From Candidatus Nomurabacteria bacterium (lineage in GTDB: Bacteria; Patescibacteriota; Patescibacteriia; UBA1558; GWA2-36-10), in the NCBI GenBank assembly GCA_020632415.1, contig JACKFO010000002.1:776413-840412 (forward strand): a stretch of 64,000 nt of DNA, written 5' to 3'. Position 1 is the stretch's first letter; each line of letters opens with the position of its first letter. Shown in pieces: positions 1-10,718 of the stretch. The notes below the pieces were generated by a model. The model made no database searches. It worked only from the letters and a program-made list of their open reading frames with translations, and was not told where the DNA came from. A program made the translations under genes and the position numbers.

Positions 1-958
1 GAGTAGTGGTTTTACCGCTTCCAGTTGGTCCAGTGGTGATGATCATGCCATTTGGTTTTTGGATTTCACTTGTTAGGTCATTAAAAGATTTTCCTCTTAG
101 GCCTAGTTTTTCAAATTCTAAACCGGCGCGAGATGATCTGAGTAAACGCAAAACAATACTTTCGCCATAGATTGAGGGAATGGTGGAAACCCTGACATCT
201 ACTTTGTCATCAGTCAGAGTAATGGTAAATCTACCATCTTGTGGTTTTTGGTCAATATTTAATTTTAGTCCAGCAAGGAGTTTAATGCGAGAAGCCATTT
301 TTTGCCAAGAATCTTGCGCTAGCGTTGCCACTTCTTGTAAGACGCCGTCAATACGGAAACGGACTTTGACATTTTTCTCTTCGGTCTCTAAGTGAATGTC
401 TGAAGCATCAAATTTTAGACTAGCAGCAACAATAAGAGTTATTGTTTCGCTAAGGTTTGTGTCTTGTAAATATTTTTTTAAAGATTCTAAACCATCAATT
501 TTTTGGTCAAATTTTTTTAGATCTTCTTCAGCAATACTAAATCCTTCAAACTGTTCAATGTTAGGGATTTTATCATAAAGTTTAATTGCCTTCTCAAAAC
601 TAGCTGGGGAAATAAGGTAGGTTTTTACTCGACTATGATATTTTTCAGCCAGCTCTTTTACTAGGTTGGCAATTTGTGGATTTTCAGGGTCGACAGAAGC
701 AAGTCGCATTTCCTCTCCAGTGTATAAGAAACAAATCATTTGTAAGGCCTCAGCGTTTTCATGGCTGATAATTTTTAAAGCTTCTTGAGAAATTGGAAAG
801 CCATCAAGATTAATATAAGACCAACCACCTAAAGCAGCTTTTTGTTTAATTTCTTCTTCTTTGCTTTTTTGAGTTAAGCTAGATAATTTTTGGTCTAGTT
901 TAGCCTTTGTTTCTTCATCACCGATATCAATGTTTATACGGCTTGCATCATTGTCCAT
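1..958 (-). CDS. Type IV pilus / type II secretion ATPase (PilB/GspE family), N-terminal part; gene runs off the window edge
   Basis: The reverse strand translates from the ATG (complement of 956-958) through an N-terminal GspII_E_N-like domain to a Walker A motif GPTGSGKTTT at the window edge. The plus-strand ORFs listed here are antisense artefacts. Confidence 0.75.
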   Translation of the reverse strand, partial: MDNDASRINIDIGDEETKAKLDQKLSSLTQKSKEEEIKQKAALGGWSYINLDGFPISQEALKIISHENAEALQMICFLYTGEEMRLASVDPENPQIANLVKELAEKYHSRVKTYLISPASFEKAIKLYDKIPNIEQFEGFSIAEEDLKKFDQKIDGLESLKKYLQDTNLSETITLIVAASLKFDASDIHLETEEKNVKVRFRIDGVLQEVATLAQDSWQKMASRIKLLAGLKLNIDQKPQDGRFTITLTDDKVDVRVSTIPSIYGESIVLRLLRSSRAGLEFEKLGLRGKSFNDLTSEIQKPNGMIITTGPTGSGKTTT

Positions 959-1016
959 ATTTTTTAAATGTTAATTTAGTATTTTTATTATACTTTCCGC
1001 GCTCTTTTAAGTCAAT

Positions 1017-1058
1017 CAAAAAACTCGCTTTTTAGAACAGATAATCAGCGAGTTTTTT
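1017..1058 (-). terminator. Intrinsic terminator hairpin (actcgct...agcgagt) flanked by A and T runs
   Basis: 8-bp stem with T-run downstream of the minus-strand membrane-protein gene; flanking A/T runs on both sides suggest bidirectional capacity. Confidence 0.45.
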
Positions 1059-1065
1059 AACTTTT

Positions 1066-2046
1066 TTATTTTGTTAAAGCTGGTAGATGTTTGGCGGCTA
1101 AACGGTGAATTTTACTGTGTCTTTTTTTTCGGTCTGTTAAGTGTAAAAATAGTTCAGTCCAAACGATGGTATAATAGGCTCCAAAAAGAGAAACTGCAGA
1201 GATGAAAATAGCAATTGCTAAGAAAGTGCCAATAAAGATCAGGAGCCAGAAAGCCAAGATACTAACTTGAGCAACTAAGTAACCGATGATTAAAAATGGC
1301 GTAGCAATAAAGGTTAAAATACTGATCAAGGCAATAGTATAAACAACAGTTGTTACCAAAAGCAATAAGGCGTTTTCTAAACTGACGATCCAATTGACCT
1401 TAAATAAAGTCCAAGCATTAAAGAAAGCTTGAGTTATGTTTTGTTTTTTAATAATGACATAAGAGGCGCCATAGCGAGTGACAAAAGAAATGATTACGGC
1501 AATTGGTAGGATAATAAAGAAGACAACTACGGAAATGATAAAGTTCATCATACTCGCACTTTGAGTCAAAGAGAGAAGATAAATTATCGGAGAGATCACT
1601 CCAACCACGAAAACAAAACTAATTAATTTGTTTAGGACATTAAGGCCAAATAAAGACCAGAAATTTTCTACACCAACCTGGAGGTGATTGATTAGTAGAT
1701 ATTTTGAATTAGTTTTTTTGTGGCTTTGATTGGCAGCGTCAATTAGGGCTCCCTGAGAAGAGATGGCCATCACTAAAATTACAGCTAACAGCAAGAAAGA
1801 TCCGATTAATAACAACAAGGTTGGCATTTTGTCCCAGGTGATTTGACTGGTAGCGAAAGTTTGAAAAATATTAATCCAGTCGGTCAAAGTAGAGGAGACA
1901 ATGTCTTGTCCTTGTAAATTAGAAAGGGCTTTAAAATCTCCGGTTAGTCCCAAAGCAGAGACAAATAAACCGAAAAATAATAAGTACCAATTGTTTCTGA
2001 TTACTTGCCAGGAATGCAAGTAAACTTTACGGTAAAATGCTTCCAT
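1066..2046 (-). CDS. Polytopic integral membrane protein, function unknown (possibly DUF975-like)
   Basis: 326-aa ORF with multiple hydrophobic helices; no catalytic motif recognised. Confidence 0.5.
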   Translation of the reverse strand: MEAFYRKVYLHSWQVIRNNWYLLFFGLFVSALGLTGDFKALSNLQGQDIVSSTLTDWINIFQTFATSQITWDKMPTLLLLIGSFLLLAVILVMAISSQGALIDAANQSHKKTNSKYLLINHLQVGVENFWSLFGLNVLNKLISFVFVVGVISPIIYLLSLTQSASMMNFIISVVVFFIILPIAVIISFVTRYGASYVIIKKQNITQAFFNAWTLFKVNWIVSLENALLLLVTTVVYTIALISILTFIATPFLIIGYLVAQVSILAFWLLIFIGTFLAIAIFISAVSLFGAYYTIVWTELFLHLTDRKKRHSKIHRLAAKHLPALTK

Positions 2047-2117
2047 ATTTTTATTTTATTATTTATTTTTCTTTTGTTACTATCTTTTTAAATTATAACA
2101 TATTTTTAGAAAATCAA

Positions 2118-2150
2118 CAAAATAAAATCCTCCCCAGTTAAGGGGAGGAT
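2118..2150 (-). terminator. Intrinsic terminator after ftsH (atcctcccc/ggggaggat stem plus T-run on minus strand)
   Basis: Perfect 9-bp GC-rich inverted repeat followed by a T tract on the coding strand of ftsH. Confidence 0.6.
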
Positions 2151-2171
2151 AGAAGAGCTTAGATTATTTTT

Positions 2172-3977
2172 TTAAGCAACTAATTTTTCAAATTCTTCTT
2201 TTTCAATTGTCTCTTTTTCAACTAAGGTTTTAACAATCATTTCCATTTGTTCGCGGTGTTCAGTAATTACTTTTTCAGCGGTTTGAGAAGCCTTTTGAAT
2301 GTATTCAGAAATTTCTTGATCGATTTCTTCGGCGGTTTTTTCACTATAATCACGACGCTCGTGTATTTCTTTTCCTAAAAAGACCATTTCTTCTTTTTTG
2401 CCAAAAGTTCTAAAGCCTAATTTTTTATTCATGCCAAATTGAGTGATTAGACTTCTGGCAATAGCCGTGGCTCTTTCTAAGTCGTTACTAGCTCCAGTGG
2501 TTACTTCCTTGAAAAATATTTGTTCAGCCATTCGTCCGCCGAGTAGTACGGCCATGTCATCGATAAAATCAGAATAGCTAGTCATTTTTTTATCCTCACT
2601 TGGTAAATTGATTGTGTAGCCAGCAGCTCTTCCTCTAGAGATGATGGAGATTTTATGAACCGGATCAGCGTGTTCTAAGTAGTGAGCGACTATTGCATGA
2701 CCAGCTTCGTGGTATGCAGTAACTTTTTTTTCTTTTTCAGATAAAACATGACTTTTTCTTTCTGGTCCAAGCATCACTTTTTCGATGGAATCTAAAACAG
2801 TATTTTGGCTGATGACTTTTTCATTTTTTCGGGCAGTAGTAATCGCTGCTTCATTTAAAACATTAGCTAGATCAGCTCCAGAAAATCCTGGTGTTCTTTG
2901 GGCGACCATCTTTAAGTTGGAATCTTTGCCAAGTGGTTTGCCTTTAGCATGGATCGTTAATATTTCTTCACGATCTTTGATATCTGGCATGTCAATCACC
3001 ACTTGTCGATCAAAACGACCTGGACGAAGTAAGGCTGGGTCCAAAACATCAGGACGATTAGTAGCAGCTAGGACAATAATATTAGTTTGGTTATCAAAAC
3101 CATCCATCTCGGTTAAGATTTGGTTTAAGGTTTGCTCTCTTTCGTCATGTGAGCCACCAAGTCCAGAGCCACGTTGGCGACCAACAGCGTCAATCTCATC
3201 AATAAAGATAATACAAGGGGCGGCTTTTTTAGCTTTTTTAAATAAATCACGAACACGACTTGCGCCGACTCCGACAAACATCTCTACAAACTCAGAACCA
3301 GAGATGTGGAAGAAGGGAACTTTTGCCTCCCCAGCAACTGCTCGGGAGAGCAAGGTTTTTCCGGTTCCTGGGCTACCCAGTAACAAAACTCCTTTAGGAA
3401 TTTTTGCACCGAGGGCAATAAATTTTTGAGGACTCTTTAAGAATTCAACTATTTCTTCTAAGCCTTCTTTAGCTTCTTTAGCGCCGGCAACATCTTTGAA
3501 AGTTACTTTTACTTTTTGATCAGCAAGTTTTGCGCCACTTTGTCCAAAAGTCATTGCTCGGTTGTTGACGCCCTGCACTTGACGCATCATGAACCAAATG
3601 ATTCCCAAAATAAATAAACCAGGAATTATAAATGGTAAAATAGTTGAAAACATGATTCCAGAATTTGGTTCTTCTCCAACTTTGATGTCGATCTGACTAA
3701 TTTTTTCAGCAGGAACACTATAGCTATTTAAAAGCGTGATTAGTGATTCACCGTTTTCTTTTTTACTTAAATATTCTTTGCCATCTTGCAGGGTGATGTT
3801 TAATTCATCGCCATTGATTTGGATGGTCTTTACTTGTTGGTTTTCAATTTCTTGAACCAATTGACCTAAATTCATTTCTTCTGGTTGATCAAATTGGTTG
3901 CTATAAAAACTAAAAATTGCAGCAATTATCGCAAAGACTAGAAAGAATATTGCGAAATTTTTAAAAATATTTTTCAT
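2172..3977 (-). CDS. ftsH: ATP-dependent zinc metalloprotease FtsH
   Basis: N-terminal TM helices, AAA+ Walker A GSPGTGKT, second region of homology, zinc-binding HEAGHA motif. Confidence 0.95.
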   Translation of the reverse strand: MKNIFKNFAIFFLVFAIIAAIFSFYSNQFDQPEEMNLGQLVQEIENQQVKTIQINGDELNITLQDGKEYLSKKENGESLITLLNSYSVPAEKISQIDIKVGEEPNSGIMFSTILPFIIPGLFILGIIWFMMRQVQGVNNRAMTFGQSGAKLADQKVKVTFKDVAGAKEAKEGLEEIVEFLKSPQKFIALGAKIPKGVLLLGSPGTGKTLLSRAVAGEAKVPFFHISGSEFVEMFVGVGASRVRDLFKKAKKAAPCIIFIDEIDAVGRQRGSGLGGSHDEREQTLNQILTEMDGFDNQTNIIVLAATNRPDVLDPALLRPGRFDRQVVIDMPDIKDREEILTIHAKGKPLGKDSNLKMVAQRTPGFSGADLANVLNEAAITTARKNEKVISQNTVLDSIEKVMLGPERKSHVLSEKEKKVTAYHEAGHAIVAHYLEHADPVHKISIISRGRAAGYTINLPSEDKKMTSYSDFIDDMAVLLGGRMAEQIFFKEVTTGASNDLERATAIARSLITQFGMNKKLGFRTFGKKEEMVFLGKEIHERRDYSEKTAEEIDQEISEYIQKASQTAEKVITEHREQMEMIVKTLVEKETIEKEEFEKLVA

Positions 3978-4036
3978 AATTTATATTACTTTTACTTTAC
4001 TTATCATAGAATAAAATTAACAAAAAGTCTATTTGA

Positions 4037-4066
4037 AAAACTAAGCCCCGGTTGAGCGGGGCTTAG
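4037..4066 (-). terminator. Intrinsic terminator after rpsA (aagccccg...cggggctt)
   Basis: GC-rich hairpin followed by a T-run on the minus strand immediately after the rpsA stop. Confidence 0.55.
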
Positions 4067-4072
4067 AGTAAT

Positions 4073-5305
4073 TTAGATTTTTTCAGGTTCTTCTTTTGTC
4101 TCGGTTTTTTCTACGATTTCTTCTTTAGCAACTTCTGCTTCTTTTTTTTCAGGCTCTTCTTTTACCTCTTTAGACTCTTTGGTCTCAGCCTCTTCTTTCT
4201 TTTTTGGTTTTTCTTGAGCAGCTTTTAAGGATAAGCCTAAGCGATGTTCTTTTGGTTCGATTGAAAGAATGACAAATTCATAATCTTCACCAACTTTAAC
4301 TAAGTCTTCAGGTTTATTTACTTTTTTATCGCTCAATTCAGAAATATGAACTAAACCATGAATGTCTTTATCTAGTTCAACGAAAACACCAAATGGATTA
4401 ACTTTCAAAACTTTGGCTTTGATTTTCTGACCAACTTTATATTTTTCAGCAACAATGGCCCAAGGATCTTTTTGTAATTTCTTTAAGGATAAAGAAATTT
4501 TTGTATCATCGATTTCAATGATCTCAGCTTCTACTGGATCACCGACTTTGATAATGTCGCGAGGATCATCGATTCTTTGCCAAGCAAGTTCTGAAATGTG
4601 AACTAAGCCTTCAATGTTATCGTCAAATTCGACAAAGGCACCAAAATCAACAACGCCGGTAATTACACCCTTAACTCGATCACCGACTTGATATTTAGAA
4701 ACTCTTACTCTTTGTTTTTCGTCCCAAGCTGCTTTTTCAGAAACAATAAGTTTTTCTTCTTTTTCATTGACATCAATAATCTTAGTTCGTAAGTCTTGTC
4801 CGATAAAAGATTTTAAGTGAGTTAAAATTTTTGATTTGTCACCACCTTCGATGCGAGGATAGTGTTCGGTAGTAAGTTGAGAGACCGGTAAAAATCCCAT
4901 CACATTACCAATCTTGATCATTAAGCCGCCTTTATTAGCGTCCATTACTCGGCTAGCTACCACTTCTCCTTCTTTGGTTAATTTTTCTAAACGGTTCCAA
5001 GCTTTTTTATGTCCAGCTTCACGGAAAGATAGTTCCATGTAACCATTTTCATTTTCTAAATCAACAACAGTAGCGGTTGCTGTGTCGCCAATTTTTAAAG
5101 ATGAAGAATCGTCAGATTCATCATAAATTTCTCGGCCACGGATGACGCCAGTGGTCAAACCATCTAGATCTAAATAAACTTCGTTTTTGGAAAGACTGAT
5201 TACTTTACCGTCTACTAAGTCACCTACTTTAGGAATGTTTACGGCTCCTTTATCTTTTAAAAGATCGTTCATTACATTGTTAGGATTTGTTGTTTCTTCG
5301 CTCAT
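4073..5305 (-). CDS. rpsA: 30S ribosomal protein S1 (short, four S1-domain form) with a Lys/Glu-rich C-terminal tail
   Basis: Repeated S1 OB-fold motifs (GxV..i..fGaFV.l....GLvHiSe); C-terminal KEE-rich low-complexity tail. Confidence 0.9.
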   Translation of the reverse strand: MSEETTNPNNVMNDLLKDKGAVNIPKVGDLVDGKVISLSKNEVYLDLDGLTTGVIRGREIYDESDDSSSLKIGDTATATVVDLENENGYMELSFREAGHKKAWNRLEKLTKEGEVVASRVMDANKGGLMIKIGNVMGFLPVSQLTTEHYPRIEGGDKSKILTHLKSFIGQDLRTKIIDVNEKEEKLIVSEKAAWDEKQRVRVSKYQVGDRVKGVITGVVDFGAFVEFDDNIEGLVHISELAWQRIDDPRDIIKVGDPVEAEIIEIDDTKISLSLKKLQKDPWAIVAEKYKVGQKIKAKVLKVNPFGVFVELDKDIHGLVHISELSDKKVNKPEDLVKVGEDYEFVILSIEPKEHRLGLSLKAAQEKPKKKEEAETKESKEVKEEPEKKEAEVAKEEIVEKTETKEEPEKI

Positions 5306-5578
5306 ATTAATTTTTAATCTTAGCCGACCCTCTTTTTTTATCGAAGATCAGCCTTATTCATTGTTCTTTAGAAACAGGACAATAAACAAGTCTAATAAAA
5401 TAATAACCGCCTTAGATTAACATATTTTAGAAAATAAATCAAGGCCTTTAGTTTTTGCTTATTAAAGGCTTTTTGGGGGCTTTGGACAGGCCTTTTTCTA
5501 AGCCTTTTTTGTCTTTACTAGGGGGGACTTTTATGCTAAAATTAAGGCAAATTAAGAGACTTATTTTTTAGAAAAATT

Positions 5579-6184
5579 ATGCAGATTACATGGCAAGGAT
5601 TTAATTATTTTCGGATTCAAAGTCCACAAGTAACCATTTTATTGAACCCTTATTCTTTGGAAAAAGGCGCTACTTTTAGCAAAGTAAAATCAGACCTTGC
5701 TTTGTTTAGCAATCCCAAAGAATTTATGGCCAATAAGATTAGCGAACAGTCTTTTGTGATTGATGCTCCAGGAGAGTATGAAGTAAAAGAGGTTTTTGTT
5801 TATGGCCGACAAGTAAATGGCTCTGTAATTTATCTTTTGACCTTTGAAGATGTAAAAATTGCTTTCTTAGGAGAGTTTGGACACGAGGCTTTGACTGATA
5901 AAGATTTGGAGTTAGTTGAGGGAGCAGATGTTTTGATCTTGCCTGTTGGCGGAGGAGATCTGACCAATGCTAAAGAGGCTGTTAAGATTATCAATCAAGT
6001 TGAACCAAGAATTGTTATTCCAAGTTGTTTTCAACCAGGCATGGGAAAAATCAAAGCTGATGATATCAATGCTTTTATCAAAGAATTTGGCATCAAAGGA
6101 AGTGAAGAAGAAAAAGTAAAAATTAGCAAAAAAGATTTGCCACAAGAAGACATGCAATTAGTTATTTTAAAAGCACAAAAATGA
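5579..6184 (+). CDS. Metal-dependent hydrolase-like protein (MBL-fold / UPF0173-like), degenerate motifs
   Basis: 201-aa ORF with overall resemblance to small MBL-fold hydrolases (GEFGHE, VLILPVGGG); the canonical HxHxDH motif is not evident. Confidence 0.35.
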   Translation: MQITWQGFNYFRIQSPQVTILLNPYSLEKGATFSKVKSDLALFSNPKEFMANKISEQSFVIDAPGEYEVKEVFVYGRQVNGSVIYLLTFEDVKIAFLGEFGHEALTDKDLELVEGADVLILPVGGGDLTNAKEAVKIINQVEPRIVIPSCFQPGMGKIKADDINAFIKEFGIKGSEEEKVKISKKDLPQEDMQLVILKAQK

Positions 6185-6489
6185 TTTTTTATCACGAAAA
6201 CAAAAATAAACTTTTTAGTTTAGTAGCCCTAACTTTGTTGGCTAGCGGTTTTATTTTTTGGCAATGGCTAAAGTTCTTGCCAAATTTAAAAATTCCAGCA
6301 GTTGAAGAAAATGAAGTCGTCTTAGAATTAGGCGATAAGGCAGGCAATTTATTGGCTAATGCAAAAAATTCAATTGATCAAGGTTTAGTTGAGTTAAAAA
6401 ATTTGCCAAGTGAAATTGAAAAAGAAAAAAATCAAGAAGAGCTACTTAAGGTCACTCGTCAATATTTAGATAGTCAAAACCAACAGTAA
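6181..6489 (+). CDS. Small membrane-anchored coiled-coil protein, hypothetical
   Basis: 102-aa ORF with an N-terminal TM helix and a charged helical C-terminus; overlaps the upstream stop by 4 nt (translational coupling). Confidence 0.4.
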   Translation: MIFYHENKNKLFSLVALTLLASGFIFWQWLKFLPNLKIPAVEENEVVLELGDKAGNLLANAKNSIDQGLVELKNLPSEIEKEKNQEELLKVTRQYLDSQNQQ

Positions 6490-6504
6490 TTATAAAAATC
6501 AAAT

Positions 6505-8982
6505 ATGCCTAAGAAAGAACAATTAGACCAAGAAAAAGATAACAACCGTGGTAACGTAGAGGATTTGTCCATTGTCAGAGAAATGGAAACCTCTTATTTG
6601 GATTATGCGATGAGCGTCATTGTTGCGCGTGCTTTACCAGATGTTCGAGATGGTTTGAAGCCGGTTCATCGTCGTATTTTGTATGCGATGTGGACCATCG
6701 GCCTAAGACATAGTGCCAAGTTTAGAAAATCTGCTACCGTGGTCGGTGAGGTTTTGGGTAAGTATCATCCGCACGGTGATTCTGCCGTCTATGATTCCAT
6801 GGTTCGTATGGCTCAGGATTTTGCGATGCGTTATCCTTTGGTCAACGGTCAAGGTAACTTCGGTTCGATGGACGGCGATAATGCTGCGGCGATGCGTTAC
6901 ACAGAAGCTAAACTTCAAGCGCTAGCTGAAGAGATGTTATTTGACATTGAAAAACAAACCGTAGATTTTATCCCAAATTATGATGGTTCACATAAAGAGC
7001 CAAAAGTCTTACCGGCCAAACTACCAAATTTGTTATTAAACGGCACCACTGGAATTGCCGTTGGTATGGCCACCAATATTCCTCCTCATAATTTGGGAGA
7101 ATTAATTGATGCTGTTACTTTGTTGATCGACAAGCCAGATTCAACAGTTGATGATTTGTTGGAGTACGTCAAAGGACCAGATCTTCCAACTGGTGGCGTG
7201 ATTTATAATCAGGAAGATATAAAAACAGCTTATGCGACTGGTCGCGGTGGAATTGTCATGCGTGGTGAGGCAGAAGTTTTGGAAAACAAAACTGATCAAT
7301 ATCAGATTATCATTTCCTCTATTCCTTTTCAGGTTAACAAGGCTACTTTGTTAGAAAAAATTGCTCAATTAGTCAAAGATAAAAAACTTGAAGGCATCAA
7401 AGATCTCCGTGATGAGTCAGATAAAGATGGTGTTAGAATTGTTGTTGATTTAAAGAAAGACGCTTTCCCTAAGAAGATTTTGAATAATCTTTATAAACAC
7501 ACTCAGCTTCAAGAGACTTTTCACGTCAACATGCTAGCTTTGATCGATGGTTTACAGCCACGTGTTTTGACCTTAAAAGATATCTTGGAAGAATACATCA
7601 AACATCGTCAGGAAATCATTACTCGACGTACTCAATTTGATTTAGATAAAGCTAAAGAAAGAGCGCATATTTTGGAAGGCTTAAAAATTGCCTTGGATAA
7701 AATCGACGCTGTGATCAAAACTATTCGTGCTTCCAAAGACAAAGAAATTGCCAAAGATAATTTGATGAAAAAATTCAAGTTGTCTGAGCGACAAGCCGTG
7801 GCAATTTTGGAAATGCGTTTACAAAGTTTGGCTAACTTAGAAAGATTGAAGATTGAAGATGAATTAAAAGAAAAGCTTAAATTAATCAAAGAATTAGAGG
7901 CCATTCTTAAGAGTAAAGTAAAAGTTTTGAGTATCATCAAAGAAGAGATTGCTGAATTGAAGAAAAAATTTGCTGACCCAAGAAGAACCAAGGTTGTTAA
8001 ATCAGCGATTGATAAAATGACTACCGAGGATTTGATTCCTAACGAAACAGCAATCATTACCATGACTCATGATGGCTATATCAAACGTATTGATCCAGAA
8101 AATTTTAAACAACAAAGTCGCGGTGGAAAAGGAGTGGTCGGTTTGACAACTAAAGAACAAGACGAAGTAAAGTTTTTCTTTAGTACCAACACTCATGCTG
8201 ATTTGATGTTTTTTACTACTCGTGGCCGAGTTTTCCAGCTCAAGGCTTATGAGGTTCCTTCACAAAGCAGAACTGCCAAGGGACAAAATATTGTAAACTT
8301 TTTACAATTATCTCAAGAAGAAAAAATCTCGTCTATTTTACAGAGCGATGATTTTGCAGCTTTCAAATTTTTTGTGATGGCCACTAGCAATGGTTTGGTG
8401 AAGAGAGTTGATGTTAAGCAATTTTCCAATGTTCGTCGTTCAGGCTTAATTGCTATTACCTTAAAAGACAATGATTCTCTACGTTGGGTCAGACCTTCAA
8501 GCGGTAAAGACGATGTGATGTTGATCACTAAGTCTGGTCAGTCAATTCGTTTTAAAGAATCGGCAGTCAGAGCTATGGGTCGCACAGCTTCTGGTGTTCA
8601 TGGAATCAGAATCAAAAAAGATGATGAATTGATCGGCGTTGACTTGATCCCAGATGGTAAGATCGGCAAAGATGAGCAATTATTAGTCGTGATGGCCAAT
8701 GGTTTTGGTAAGCGTACGGCTTTGAAAGAATACAAGGTTCAAGGACGTGGTGGCTCAGGAATTAAGACTGCTCAAGTGACAGCAAAAACTGGCGAAGTAA
8801 CTTCCGCTGGAATTGTCAGTAACAATATGGAAAATGAAGACATGATCATTATTTCCAAAAAAGGCCAGGTGATTCGCTTACCTTTGAAGACGGTTAATGT
8901 TTTGGGTCGAGCAACACAGGGAGTTAGACTGATGCGTTTCAAGGATCCAGAAGATCGAGTTTCCTCTGTTACTTTTATTTAA
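6505..8982 (+). CDS. gyrA: DNA gyrase subunit A
   Basis: Conserved [29 protein letters not shown]-terminal active-site region (catalytic Tyr context); C-terminal beta-pinwheel repeats. Confidence 0.95.
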   Translation: MPKKEQLDQEKDNNRGNVEDLSIVREMETSYLDYAMSVIVARALPDVRDGLKPVHRRILYAMWTIGLRHSAKFRKSATVVGEVLGKYHPHGDSAVYDSMVRMAQDFAMRYPLVNGQGNFGSMDGDNAAAMRYTEAKLQALAEEMLFDIEKQTVDFIPNYDGSHKEPKVLPAKLPNLLLNGTTGIAVGMATNIPPHNLGELIDAVTLLIDKPDSTVDDLLEYVKGPDLPTGGVIYNQEDIKTAYATGRGGIVMRGEAEVLENKTDQYQIIISSIPFQVNKATLLEKIAQLVKDKKLEGIKDLRDESDKDGVRIVVDLKKDAFPKKILNNLYKHTQLQETFHVNMLALIDGLQPRVLTLKDILEEYIKHRQEIITRRTQFDLDKAKERAHILEGLKIALDKIDAVIKTIRASKDKEIAKDNLMKKFKLSERQAVAILEMRLQSLANLERLKIEDELKEKLKLIKELEAILKSKVKVLSIIKEEIAELKKKFADPRRTKVVKSAIDKMTTEDLIPNETAIITMTHDGYIKRIDPENFKQQSRGGKGVVGLTTKEQDEVKFFFSTNTHADLMFFTTRGRVFQLKAYEVPSQSRTAKGQNIVNFLQLSQEEKISSILQSDDFAAFKFFVMATSNGLVKRVDVKQFSNVRRSGLIAITLKDNDSLRWVRPSSGKDDVMLITKSGQSIRFKESAVRAMGRTASGVHGIRIKKDDELIGVDLIPDGKIGKDEQLLVVMANGFGKRTALKEYKVQGRGGSGIKTAQVTAKTGEVTSAGIVSNNMENEDMIIISKKGQVIRLPLKTVNVLGRATQGVRLMRFKDPEDRVSSVTFI

Positions 8983-9000
8983 ATTTTTTTAGGAAAATAA

Positions 9001-9056
9001 ACCCCCGTTTTGTACTTTGGCAGCAGTAAGTTGTTGCCATGAAGCGGGGGTTTTTG
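9001..9056 (+). terminator. Intrinsic terminator after gyrA (acccccg...cgggggt plus T-run)
   Basis: GC-rich inverted repeat followed by TTTTT 20 nt after the gyrA stop. Confidence 0.55.
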
Positions 9057-9070
9057 CTTAATTATTTTCC

Positions 9071-9099
9071 TTGTCAATAATTTTTAAGCATGCTAATCT
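9071..9099 (+). promoter_or_regulatory. Sigma70-type promoter for ruvB (TTGTCA-17-TAATCT)
   Basis: -35 TTGTCA at 9071-9076, 17-nt spacer, -10 TAATCT at 9094-9099. The ORF-track 'start' at 9071 is actually TTG inside the -35 hexamer. Confidence 0.5.
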
Positions 9100-9124
9100 T
9101 TTAGAGCAAAAAGGTATTAAAATT

Positions 9125-10141
9125 ATGTCAGAAGAGCGCATTATTTCTTCAAATGAACAAAAGCAAGATAAGACTTGGGATTTGACTTTAAGACCGCAAA
9201 GTTTAGCCGATTATATTGGACAAGAACAGATCAAAGCAAACTTGGACATTGTCTTGACTGCTGCTAAAAATCGAGGTGAGACACTCGATCATGTTTTGTT
9301 ATTTGGCCCTCCAGGTTTGGGGAAAACAACTCTAGCTCATATCATTGCCAAGGAAATGAACGCGGGGATCAAAGTGACTACTGGACCAGCAATCACTAAA
9401 GCTGGTGATTTAGCAGCTTTGGTCACCAACCTACAAGAAGGCGATGTTTTGTTTATTGATGAAATTCATCGTTTGCCAAAAATAATTGAAGAAATTTTAT
9501 ATCCAGCGATGGAAGATTTTGCTTTGGATATTATTTTAGGCAAAGGGCCTTCAGCGCAAGTTTTGCGTTTGGATTTACCACGCTTCACAATTATTGGTGC
9601 AACTACACGTTATAATTTATTATCCGCTCCTTTGCGCGATCGTTTCGGAGTAACTTTTCGTTTGGATTTTTATAATCCAGAAGAATTAAATTCGATTGTC
9701 AAAAGATCAGCAGATATTTTAGCAACCAAAATTAGAGAAGAGGCGGTGACGGAAATTGCTGGACGTAGTCGAGGCACTCCAAGAATTGCTAATCGTATTT
9801 TGAAACGCGTTCGAGACTATGCGCAGGTAAAAAGTAATGGCGATGTTTCTTTGGAGCTGACTCACGATGCTTTTGATTTGATGGCGATTGATAAATATGG
9901 CTTGGATCAATTGGATCGTCAGTTCTTAAGAGTTTTGATTGAGAATTTTTCAGGTGGTCCAGTTGGCTTGAATACCATTGCTGCCGCTTTGCAAGAAGAA
10001 GCAGGAACAATCGAAGAAATTGTTGAACCATATTTGATGAAGTTGGGGCTTTTGGCTCGAACCTCAAAAGGACGAGTTGCTACAGATCGAGCTTATCAAT
10101 ATTTAGGCTTGGAATTACCTAAGGATAGTAAATTATTTTAG
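9125..10141 (+). CDS. ruvB: Holliday junction branch migration ATPase RuvB
   Basis: Walker [12 protein letters not shown], Walker B DEIH, sensor and arginine-finger regions, C-terminal winged helix; start placed at the ATG at 9125 downstream of the promoter. Confidence 0.92.
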   Translation: MSEERIISSNEQKQDKTWDLTLRPQSLADYIGQEQIKANLDIVLTAAKNRGETLDHVLLFGPPGLGKTTLAHIIAKEMNAGIKVTTGPAITKAGDLAALVTNLQEGDVLFIDEIHRLPKIIEEILYPAMEDFALDIILGKGPSAQVLRLDLPRFTIIGATTRYNLLSAPLRDRFGVTFRLDFYNPEELNSIVKRSADILATKIREEAVTEIAGRSRGTPRIANRILKRVRDYAQVKSNGDVSLELTHDAFDLMAIDKYGLDQLDRQFLRVLIENFSGGPVGLNTIAAALQEEAGTIEEIVEPYLMKLGLLARTSKGRVATDRAYQYLGLELPKDSKLF

Positions 10142-10142
10142 G

Positions 10143-10718
10143 ATGAAAAAAAGATTGTTGTTGCACTCTTGTTGTGCACCGTGCTCAATTTATATTCTTC
10201 AGCAGTTAATGTCTTCATGGGACTTGACTGTTTATTTTTATGACCCAAATATTCATCCACGTGCTGAGTATAATCAACGTCGTGATGAAATGAAAAATTA
10301 CACAGCAAAGCTTGGGCTTGATTTTATTGAAGGACCTTATGATTCTCTGGCTTGGCTTGAAAAAACTAAGGGTTTGGAAGATGAGCCAGAAAGAGGTAAA
10401 CGTTGTGATCAATGTTTTGACTTACGTTTAGGTGAAACAGCGCGTTTTGCTAAGCTAGAAAAGTACGATGCCTTTGCCACTGTTTTGACGATTAGCCCTC
10501 ATAAAGATGCTCAAAAAATTAGCTTGATTGGTCAAAAGTTAGCTCAAAGTTTTGGTCTTGAGTTTTTAGATCGCGATTGGAAGAAAAAAGATGGTTTTAA
10601 AATTTCTTGCGCCTTAAGCAAAGAACAAGGATTTTATCGACAAGATTATTGCGGTTGTTTGTATTCTAAGAGAGATAGTCTCTTGAGGAAAGTTAAAAGA
10701 GAAAAAAATGAAAATTGA
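10143..10718 (+). CDS. queH: Epoxyqueuosine reductase QueH (DUF208 family)
   Basis: Hallmark N-terminal LHSCCAPCS cysteine motif plus downstream Cys pairs (CDQC, CGC). Confidence 0.8.
   Translation: MKKRLLLHSCCAPCSIYILQQLMSSWDLTVYFYDPNIHPRAEYNQRRDEMKNYTAKLGLDFIEGPYDSLAWLEKTKGLEDEPERGKRCDQCFDLRLGETARFAKLEKYDAFATVLTISPHKDAQKISLIGQKLAQSFGLEFLDRDWKKKDGFKISCALSKEQGFYRQDYCGCLYSKRDSLLRKVKREKNEN

Noticed and set aside
180-578. Plus-strand ORFs 180-395 and 396-578
   Set aside because: They lie antisense to the clearly real PilB/GspE-type ATPase gene (Walker A at the window edge on the minus strand); no motifs or signals.
2785-3429. 214-aa plus-strand ORF inside ftsH
   Set aside because: Antisense to a highly conserved ftsH; composition typical of an antisense artefact (Ser/Pro/Arg-rich).
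7632-8196. Minus-strand ORFs inside gyrA
   Set aside because: Antisense to gyrA; no start signals.
9071-9124. Upstream extension of ruvB ([18 protein letters not shown])
   Set aside because: It begins with TTG inside a -35-like hexamer (TTGTCA) of a TTGTCA-17-TAATCT promoter; the conserved RuvB N-terminus starts at the ATG at 9125.
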